Below are positions 56,807 through 64,000 of a stretch of 64,000 nt of DNA, in pieces. Below the pieces are notes generated by a model. The model saw nothing but the letters and a program-made list of their open reading frames with translations, had not been told where the DNA came from and did not search any database. The translations under genes and the position numbers were made by a program. Source of the stretch: an uncultured bacterium (GTDB lineage Bacteria > Vulcanimicrobiota > Vulcanimicrobiia > Vulcanimicrobiales > Vulcanimicrobiaceae); contig CAXUFI010000001.1 in the NCBI GenBank assembly GCA_964250245.1, positions 209 through 64,208 on the forward strand. The letters are read 5' to 3'. Position 1 is the stretch's first letter; every line of letters starts with the position of its first letter.

Positions 56807-59800
56807 CTACACCTCGACCGGCGCGAACAAGCGCTGCACGTCGTCCGCCGAGAACCGCGCGGACGTCGCGGTCGCACCTTGAGAAAAAATTGCGGCGGCG
56901 AGTTCCGCCTTGCGCGACTGTAACTCGACGATCTTCTCCTCGACCGTGCCGGCCGCAACGAGCTTGTACACGAACACGTGCTGCTTCTGCCCGATCCGGT
57001 GCGCGCGGTCGGTCGCCTGACGCTCCGCCGCGGGGTTCCACCACGGGTCGTAGTGGATCACGGTGTCGGCCGCCGTTAGGTTCAGGCCCGTCCCGCCGGC
57101 TTTCAGGCTAATGAGGAACACCGGCACGTCGCCGCTTTGAAAACGTTTAACGAGAAGCTCGCGGTTCTTCGTTTCACCCGTGAGCATCACGTAGTCGATA
57201 CCGAGCGCCTCGAGTTCCGGAACGATCAGATCGAGCATGCTCGTGAATTGCGAGAAGAGCAGCACGCGGCGGCCCTCCTCCACCATCTGCGGTAGCATAT
57301 CGCGCAAGAGTGCGAGCTTCGCGCCGTCCGCTTGTTTGTGCATGCGCTCGGGCAGCAGTCGCGGATCGCAGCAGACCTGCCGCAGTTTGAGCAGCGCGTC
57401 GAGGATGACGATCTGCGAACGCGCGAGGCCGCGCTGCGCGATCTCCTCTTGGACGCGCTCGTGCATGGCGAGGCGCACCGACTCGTAGAGGTCGCGCTGG
57501 CCGCCGGCGAGATCGACGCGCTGCACGATCTCCGACTTCTCGGGCAACTCGCTCGCAACGTCTTCCTTGATCCGGCGCAGCACGAACGGCGCGATGCGCT
57601 CGGCCAAGATGCGCTTGCGCTCGCCGTCGCCGTGCTTCTCGATCGGCGTGCGAAAGAGGCGCGAAAACCGGCCGCGGTCGCCGAGCGCGCCGGGCAACGC
57701 GACCGAAAGCAGCGACCACAGATCGCCGAGGTGATTCTCGACGGGCGTTCCGGTAAGACAGAGCCGGTGAGCGGCGGACAACCGCATGGCGACTTGCGCG
57801 GCCTTAGCCAGCGGATTTTTAATCGCTTGCGCTTCGTCGAGGATGACGGCGTGCCACGCGCGGTCGTGCAACGCGACGTCGCGCACGAGCAGCGCGTACG
57901 TCGTGATGACGAGATCGTGATCCGCAATCTCGCCGAAGCGTTCCGCGCGGCCCGCGCCGTGCAGCGGCAGCACCCGCAGCGACGGCGCGAAGCGCGCGGC
58001 TTCGTCGCGCCAATTATGGACTAGACTCGTCGGCACCACGAGCAGCGCCGGCTGCGTGAGCCTGCCGGCTTCCTGTTCGCAGAGCAGATGCGCGAGGGTC
58101 TGCACGCTCTTGCCGAGGCCCATGTCGTCGGCGAGGATCCCGCCGAAGCCGTACGCGGCGAGGAATTGCAGCCAGTCGAGACCGTCGCGTTGGTAGCCGC
58201 GCAACTCGCCACGGAACGACGCCGGGAGCGGCGCGCGCGCGATGCCGGCGAAGTTGCGTAAGCGTTCGCCGAGCTCGCGTAACCGCTCGGGCGCGTCCCA
58301 GCGCAGGTCCGACGCCGCCTCGAGTTCGCCCAGCACCGTGGCGCGCGTGCGCGGCAAGCGCAGCGTCCCGTCGTCGCGCAACGCATCGGGCTCGCCGAGC
58401 TCGATGAGCGTGTGGAGGATCGCCTTCAACCGCTCGGCGGGAAACGCGAAGGTGCCCGTACCGGGCAGCGCGGCGTAAAAGTACTCGCCCGCACCCAAAC
58501 CTTCGAGCGCGTCGAAGCCGCCCGGGCGCCGCGCGAGGTCGCGCAGGATCGGCAGCAGTTCGATCCGCGTGCCGCCGACGTCGAGCCCGATGCCGATATC
58601 GAACCAGCCGCCCGCGCGCTCGCCGACGCTCGTCTGCCACGCGTCGTCATGGCCGACGGCGACGATCGCGTGGCGGAAACTCGCGTCGATCTCGATCCGC
58701 CAGCCTTCGGCGCGCAAGACGGGCACGGACCGGTGCACGAACGCCGGCCACGACGCTTCGTCTTCGCCGGTAAAACGTAAGCAGACGGCGCGTTCGCGCG
58801 CCAGATTTTGCGTCTCCGGATCGATGCTGAGGCCGAGCGCTCGCAAGCGTTCTGCCGCGCGCCGCTCGGCCTCGGGCGAACGCTCGTAGACGAGCGACTC
58901 GCTACCCACGATCGACCGCACCTCGGCCGCTTGCGACGAAGGATCGATCGTCGACGCGCCATAGCCGAACGACCACTCGGCGAAATCGATCGCGCGCGGC
59001 GGTTCCGCTCGCGTCTGCCACCCGCGAAACGGCGCGGCCGGCAGTTCGACGCTACGCAAGCGCAACGTCGGAACGGGCTCGACGCGCAGCGCGCGCTCCG
59101 CAAGTTCGAGCGGCGGCGGGAGTGCGAGATTCGCGATCGTCCCCGCAAACGCGTCGCGCACGCGCTTGGCTTGTTCGCGGTCGAGGGCCGGCGCTTCGAG
59201 GATCGCACCGAGCGTCGCTTGCGGGAGGCCGGCCTCGACCGGTCCGGCGACGAGCGTTTGCAAGTCGACGTACCAGGGCGCGGCGCAGGGCAGCACGATC
59301 GTTTCCGGTTCGTCGAACGCGAGCGCCGGACGCTGCGTGCCGTCGGCCGCCGGCACCCATGCGATGCGCGCGGTCCGGGGCGGGCCGAGCGTCAGCGGCG
59401 GAGCGTTCGGCTCGTCGACGTACGCGCGCCCGGTCGCGACGATGCGCCGCAAAAGCTCGTCCGCCAGCGCCGTCCGGCCCTGATACGTGCGCTCGTACAT
59501 CTGCAGGAAGCGGCCGACGACCGTATCATCGGGGGCGATGGCGCGCGCGGTCGCGTTTACCAGCGCTTCGGCGTTCGTGTCGCGCACCTTCGCCCAACGC
59601 TGCGTTTTCGTCAGACGCGTTACGACGAGGTCGATCGGAAACGAGCGCGACCTCCGCGCTTCGCGAACGAACAGGTACGCGACGCGTTCGTCGCCCGCGG
59701 CCGCCGCGGACGGCGCGGCCGGAACGCTCGCGCGGATGCATTCGAGCCACCAATCGACGCGGGGATCGGCGGCGACGGGTTTTCTCTGTTGCGCGAACGT

Positions 59801-60202
59801 CGTCGCCGGTGGTTGCGCCGGCGTGACGAGCGGTTGCGCCGGCGCCGCCGGCGGTTGCGCGACCAGCACGGGCCCCGGCAGGCGTGCCGGCTCCGCTGCC
59901 GCTTTGCCGAGCGCGGCGATGAGCGCCGCCGCGACGTGCTTGCAATCGGCGGCGACCGGACACGTGCAATAGCCGCTGACGAGCGTGCGTCCGGTACGGG
60001 TGCGCGAAACGTAGACCGTGACGCTGTATGGCGCTCGCTGCGTTCCGCGCACGCTCGCCGTAACCGTGTTTCCGCCGTTACCGACTTTGAGGACCGTCAC
60101 GCGGCCGGAACGCGCGTACGCTTCGCCGCGCGAGATCGCGTCGGAGCGTAACGACGATCGAATGTCGGCGAATGTAAACCGGACCGGAGACGAGTGCGTC
60201 AC
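56807..60202 (-). CDS. SNF2-family helicase with an N-terminal SWIM zinc finger
   Basis: 1131 aa. SWIM motif YCTCPVAADCKHV. DDMGLGKSVQT, ILDEAQAIKN, LTGTPVENHLGDLWS, SLKAGGTGLNLT and ATDRAHRIGQ. Confidence 0.9.
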   Translation of the reverse strand: MTHSSPVRFTFADIRSSLRSDAISRGEAYARSGRVTVLKVGNGGNTVTASVRGTQRAPYSVTVYVSRTRTGRTLVSGYCTCPVAADCKHVAAALIAALGKAAAEPARLPGPVLVAQPPAAPAQPLVTPAQPPATTFAQQRKPVAADPRVDWWLECIRASVPAAPSAAAAGDERVAYLFVREARRSRSFPIDLVVTRLTKTQRWAKVRDTNAEALVNATARAIAPDDTVVGRFLQMYERTYQGRTALADELLRRIVATGRAYVDEPNAPPLTLGPPRTARIAWVPAADGTQRPALAFDEPETIVLPCAAPWYVDLQTLVAGPVEAGLPQATLGAILEAPALDREQAKRVRDAFAGTIANLALPPPLELAERALRVEPVPTLRLRSVELPAAPFRGWQTRAEPPRAIDFAEWSFGYGASTIDPSSQAAEVRSIVGSESLVYERSPEAERRAAERLRALGLSIDPETQNLARERAVCLRFTGEDEASWPAFVHRSVPVLRAEGWRIEIDASFRHAIVAVGHDDAWQTSVGERAGGWFDIGIGLDVGGTRIELLPILRDLARRPGGFDALEGLGAGEYFYAALPGTGTFAFPAERLKAILHTLIELGEPDALRDDGTLRLPRTRATVLGELEAASDLRWDAPERLRELGERLRNFAGIARAPLPASFRGELRGYQRDGLDWLQFLAAYGFGGILADDMGLGKSVQTLAHLLCEQEAGRLTQPALLVVPTSLVHNWRDEAARFAPSLRVLPLHGAGRAERFGEIADHDLVITTYALLVRDVALHDRAWHAVILDEAQAIKNPLAKAAQVAMRLSAAHRLCLTGTPVENHLGDLWSLLSVALPGALGDRGRFSRLFRTPIEKHGDGERKRILAERIAPFVLRRIKEDVASELPEKSEIVQRVDLAGGQRDLYESVRLAMHERVQEEIAQRGLARSQIVILDALLKLRQVCCDPRLLPERMHKQADGAKLALLRDMLPQMVEEGRRVLLFSQFTSMLDLIVPELEALGIDYVMLTGETKNRELLVKRFQSGDVPVFLISLKAGGTGLNLTAADTVIHYDPWWNPAAERQATDRAHRIGQKQHVFVYKLVAAGTVEEKIVELQSRKAELAAAIFSQGATATSARFSADDVQRLFAPVEV

Positions 60203-60314
60203 GCCCGGAGCTTCGAACCTGCCGCTTGCGCTCCTCGGCGGGTCAACACCGGCCCAGGTTACATGCAGTTACGCACGTTGAAAGGTTCGCATCGACCGCA
60301 CCGTCGCCGCCGGC

Positions 60315-60827
60315 TTAACTGTGCGCCGCGATGTATTCTTTCGGATCCTTATCGACGGGCTCGACGCCCGTTACGTGCACCGCGTTAAACGCGGCAAACC
60401 GCACGGCGAGATCGTGACGTAACGCGAGCCCGGCCTGTTGCCGGAAATCGGTGAGCCCCTCGCGCTCTTCCTCCGCCATGTGATCGCTATTCGCTTCATT
60501 CGCCGCAGCTACGGCTTTCAGCCAGCTGTCGCTACCGACCGGATGCTTCGCCGCGTCGACAACCGCATCCCGAATCTCGTTATGGTCCTTAATCGCGTCT
60601 TCGGTCTCGTCTTCGGAGCTATCTTTTCCTCCGGCGCCTTTTCCGAGCCGCAGCAAATCCGGATAAAAAATCTCTTCCTCGGCCTGCGCGTGCGTCTCTA
60701 AAAACGCCGCAAGCCGATTCCAGACGGCCTGTAACGACTTGACGTCGTTACGGTCGATTTGCTCTAAAATGGAGAAGAGCCGGCGCTGTTCGTGATGATC
60801 GTCGAGAATTAACTGGGTTATGTCCAT
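60315..60827 (-). CDS. Hemerythrin-domain protein
   Basis: MDITQLILDDHHEQRRLF...ETHAQAEEEIFYP...IKDHNEI...DHMAEEE gives the His/Glu di-iron ligands. ATG 60827 is preferred over the upstream TTG. Confidence 0.85.
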   Translation of the reverse strand: MDITQLILDDHHEQRRLFSILEQIDRNDVKSLQAVWNRLAAFLETHAQAEEEIFYPDLLRLGKGAGGKDSSEDETEDAIKDHNEIRDAVVDAAKHPVGSDSWLKAVAAANEANSDHMAEEEREGLTDFRQQAGLALRHDLAVRFAAFNAVHVTGVEPVDKDPKEYIAAHS

Positions 60828-61097
60828 GGTATCGCCTTCCGGGAACTGCAAGCGGGAATCGAATCGGCTACGGTTTCAAGCGCAGAGTTGCGAACTACTT
60901 CCGGCAACGACACCGGTAATCGTACCCAAACCCCGCGCTTTTCCCGGACTTCAGTCAGTTCACTTCAACTGCCGGCCTGGCTTCGACCGTAGGCAACGCA
61001 TGCGAGTTCGCAGTAGAGCGGGCCGGCCGGCGTAGCAGCCTCCCACGCACCTTCCGGGCCCGCGGGAGCGCGTGGCGGCGTCACGAAGCGGGCGCGG

Positions 61098-62718
61098 ATG
61101 CAGCTGTTCGCGGGTTCGAGCAACGACTTCGTCGAGGAGGGCGTCCAGAAGCAGATCGCGGCGCGGCTCGGAGATAGCTTCTACGATTACTACCGTTTTC
61201 GGGCTTCCGCTTCAGAATTTATGTCCTGGCGCAACTCGCTGAGCGCCCTCGCGTATCAGCTGCGGTACGCGGGCGTTCGCGACCACGGCGTCGTGCTGGA
61301 GATGCAACTGCCGTTAAGCTCGGCGCGACTCGACGCGTTTATTTTCGGCCGCTCGCCGGCAGGCCGCGACTCGGCCGTCCTCGTGGAACTCAAACAATGG
61401 AGCGAAGCCTCCGCGAGCGACTGGGACGATTGCGTCGAGACGTGGCTCGGCGGCAGTACGCGCAAAGTACTTCACCCGTGCGTACAAGCCCGCTCGTACG
61501 CGCACTATCTCGAAGACATGCACTCGGCATTCGACCGCGCTGCGGACGGCATCGCCATCGCGCCCTGCGCCTGGCTGCATAACATGCATCCCGGAGCTGC
61601 CTCGGAATTGCGCGATCCGCGCTTCGCGCCCGTCCTCGCCGAAGTTCCGCTGTACGTCGGCAGCGACGCGGATACGTTCAAAGACTATTTAACGAACACG
61701 GTCGGCGCGGGTCGGGGGCTGCCGGTGATGCAGCGGGCGTTGACCGGCAAGCACGCGCCTTCGCGTAATCTGCTCGAACAGACCGCCGCGATGGTGCGCG
61801 GCGAGCCGCGCTACCGGCTGATCGACGATCAAATTATCGCGTTCAACGCCGTCCTCGCGCTCGTGCGGCGCGCGCAAAAGGACAAGCGCGCACGAGCCCC
61901 GCTATACGCGCAAAGAGTTGAAGTCGACGCGCGCTCAAGTCGACGAGATCGTCGAAGCGGCGAAGGTCGCCGTCTTCTTCATCGACGACCATCAAGCCGT
62001 GCGCGCCGATGAAGTCGGCAGTTCCGTTCTACTGCGCGAGACGGCCGTGCGGCACGAGGCGCGCTTCGAGACGATCGACTTGCGAACGCAGTTCCGCTGC
62101 GCGGGATCCGATGAGTACATCGACTGGGTCGACCAGCTTCTCGAGATTCGCAAAACGGGCGTGACGCGTTTGGAGTCGCCGGAGTTCGAAGTCCGGTCGT
62201 TCGCCGATCCGCCGGCCCTCGAAGCCGCGATCGAAGCACACGTGGCCGCGGGCCGCAACGCGCGACTGACGGCCGGCTACTGTTGGCCGTGGTCGATGCC
62301 GAACGCCGACGGAACGCTCGTCGAAGACATTCGCATCGATGCGTTCCGGCGGCCGTGGAACGCGAAGCCCGACGCCCGCAAACTCGCGAAGGGCATCCCC
62401 AGCGCCCAATTCTGGGCGAGCGACGCCGGCGGTGTCCGGCAAGTCGGCTGCGTCTACACGGCGCAAGGCTTCGAATTCGACATTGCCGGCGTCATCTGGG
62501 GACCCGACCTCGTCATTCGCGACGGGATCTGGGTCGGCCAGCCGTCTGCATCGCACGATACGGTGGTCCGCACGCGCAGCGGCGCGCGGTTCACGGACAT
62601 CGTGAAGAACGCGTACCGGGTTCTGCTCACCCGCGGCCTGCGCGGCTGTTACCTGTGTGTTCTCGACGCCGAAACGCGCGAGTACGTCGCCGAGCGACTC
62701 GGCCTGCGCACTGCGTAA
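61098..62718 (+). pseudogene. DUF2075-family (nuclease-like N-domain plus ATPase) gene lacking its Walker A region and frameshifted near 61890-61925
   Basis: The N-terminal ORF has VLVELKQW... and ends ...RRAQKDKRA, then junk. The second ORF, in another frame, resumes at VDEIVEAAKVAVFFIDDHQAV...LRTQFRCAGS...YTAQGFEFD...LLTRGLRGCYL. No GxxxxGK[ST] occurs anywhere. Confidence 0.65.
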
Positions 62719-62942
62719 TCGCGGGCCCGTTTTCGCCGGCGTTATCTCAAGCGTCGTCGCAGCTGCCGGGCGGGCCGGCGCAGTAGCTGCAACGTGGCCG
62801 GACACGCCGGACCGAATCGCGCTCGTCGTCGCGACGCAGGTCGTGGCGCTTGCGACGGCCGTACGGTGTTAGCGCCGCTCTCGGGAGCAGTTTCGGCCCG
62901 CAAATCCATCTTCGCAGCGGATCGACTCACTTATATCGTTAG

Positions 62943-63011
62943 CTTTCATAACGCGGCGGCTTATTAAAGGAAGGCGCCCAACCTTTCATAAGAAAACTCC
63001 TTATGAAAGGT
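62943..63011. promoter_or_regulatory. Three copies of a 9-mer (CTTTCATAA x2 direct, TTATGAAAG inverted), including a perfect 12-bp inverted repeat spanning the Fic start codon
   Basis: ctttcataa at 62943-62951 and 62983-62991; ttatgaaag at 63001-63009. acctttcataag (62981-62992) and cttatgaaaggt (63000-63011) are separated by 7 nt. Confidence 0.5.
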
Positions 63012-64000
63012 TCCGGCGGTGAGCCGGGTGCGATCGCGAGCGGGGAATTGCGTCTCATTCGCGTTTTCAACGAGAGCTACCACGCCTTCATTCCGGAAGG
63101 CTTAATGGCAAGCCGGCCGATTCAACTTGCCGGCGCCGACGCTCTTCTTAACGACGAAGCGCGAGCTGCCTTGGCGCGACTCGACGGCCTGTCGCAGGTG
63201 ATCCCCGATGCGAATCTCTTCATCTCGATGTATCTCCGCAAGGAGGCGCTCCTGTCGGCGCAGATCGAGGGTACGCAGTCATCGCTTTCGGACGTACTGC
63301 TTTTTGAGGACGAGGATGAGGACCAGAATGAAATCGACGACGGTGCGGTCGAAGTTGCCGACTACATTCGGGCACTGCGCTACGGCCTCGGCCGCCTGAG
63401 CGAGCTTCCTCTCTCGACGCGTCTCTTCGATGAGATCCACGAACGGCTGCTCGAGCATGGGCGCGGACGAGAACTGCAACCCGGTATGATTCGCCGGAGT
63501 CAGAATTGGTTCGGTGGCACGCGTCCGGGCAACGCGCATTTCGTGCCTCCGCCGCCGACGGAGCTGCCCGAATGTTTGCGCGACTTGGAACGGTATCTCA
63601 ACCAGTCGCGAAGCACCGAGCTGCCGCTGGTCCGGATCGCACGCGCGCACGCCCAGTTCGAGACCATCCATCCTTACCTAGACGGCAACGGTCGCCTCGG
63701 CCGGCTACTTATCACGTTAGCGCTTGTTGCCTATGGCGTGATGGAAAACCCACTCCTCTATCTTAGTCTATATCTTAAAGAACATCGCGACGTTTATTAC
63801 GAACTCTTGCAGCGCACAAGAACGCACAGCGACCGGCTTGCGTGGATCCGTTTCTTTCTCGAAGGCGTGCAGCATACCGCGCGCCGAGCGACGAAAACGG
63901 CGCAGCAGATATTCACTCTCTTTCGGGGCGACCGCCTAAAGATCGAGGGCAGGCGCTCTTCCGCGACGCTTCAGCGGCTGCATGAGGAGCTGCAGCGAAC
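63003..64000 (+). CDS. Fic-family protein (class II, N-terminal inhibitory helix), partial - runs off the window end
   Basis: Open frame from ATG 63003 to the end of the window. Fic motif HPYLDGNGRLGR at 63669-63704. Inhibitory motif SAQIEG ([ST]xxxE[GN]) at 63255-63272. Confidence 0.85.
   Translation, partial: MKGSGGEPGAIASGELRLIRVFNESYHAFIPEGLMASRPIQLAGADALLNDEARAALARLDGLSQVIPDANLFISMYLRKEALLSAQIEGTQSSLSDVLLFEDEDEDQNEIDDGAVEVADYIRALRYGLGRLSELPLSTRLFDEIHERLLEHGRGRELQPGMIRRSQNWFGGTRPGNAHFVPPPPTELPECLRDLERYLNQSRSTELPLVRIARAHAQFETIHPYLDGNGRLGRLLITLALVAYGVMENPLLYLSLYLKEHRDVYYELLQRTRTHSDRLAWIRFFLEGVQHTARRATKTAQQIFTLFRGDRLKIEGRRSSATLQRLHEELQR

Noticed and set aside
56360-60202. The YbjN-like gene plus the SWIM-SNF2 helicase as a two-gene defence system.
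   Set aside because: The genes are convergent (stops 9 nt apart), so they are not an operon. SWIM-SNF2 helicases are widespread housekeeping-type proteins. There is no supporting evidence beyond proximity to defence genes.

Overview
High-GC bacterial chromosomal window (spot counts about 65-70% GC in core genes). I saw no rRNA, tRNA, CRISPR array, integrase or transposase. All calls come from reading the ORF translations and the DNA by eye. No searches were run, so family names are recalled motif matches, and start codons are often uncertain by a few codons.

Layout:
- (1) 0-17 kb: ordinary core genes. These include ArsR, a frameshifted SDR, DCC/DUF2071, Uma2, a standalone A-T-TE NRPS-like enzyme, tautomerase, cupin, a K+ channel, VapBC, and katG with divergent oxyR. 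Several gene remnants are interspersed.
- (2) 17-29.9 kb: an AT-richer defence island of seven co-directional minus-strand genes, starting right after oxyR. From the 5' end: a small membrane protein plus a small acidic protein, then an SNF2-like helicase with a DUF3883-type nuclease tail, a DUF1156 methyltransferase and a DUF499 ATPase with an N-terminal HEPN (helicase-methylase-ATPase, Hma-like architecture), then DUF262 plus a HEPN-like nuclease.
- (3) 30.9-44.7 kb: two ~1.9-kb direct repeats carrying DUF2064/TIGR04282-like, radical SAM and CMD/AhpD-like genes. The left copy is riddled with frameshifts and stops. They bracket a tightly coupled nine-gene operon: cytidine deaminase, MFS, FAH-family hydratase, AtzG, AtzE, allophanate-hydrolase-like amidase, 8-oxoguanine-deaminase-like amidohydrolase, AtzD/barbiturase-family ring-opening amidohydrolase and nucleoside phosphorylase. 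I consider this nucleoside-linked triazine/pyrimidine ring catabolic operon the most interesting candidate.
- (4) 42.7-46.2 kb: the intact TIGR04282/TIGR04283 glycosyltransferase cluster, with a non-ArsS-type radical SAM, a CxxC CMD-family protein and a membrane di-iron hydroxylase.
- (5) 46.3-55.1 kb: a second defence/TA hotspot. It holds VapBC, a trio of modification-dependent-looking nucleases (reader plus PD-(D/E)xK, HNH with one in-frame TAA, DpnI-family), and a NERD-SF1 helicase fusion (Nhi-like). The rest is a patchwork of repeated fragments of HNH, DpnI, MazF, RHH, nucleotidyltransferase and Uma2 genes.
- (6) 55-64 kb: a lipoprotein, a SWIM-SNF2 helicase, hemerythrin, a DUF2075 gene missing its P-loop region, and a class II Fic protein that runs off the window end.

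Pseudogene density is unusually high.
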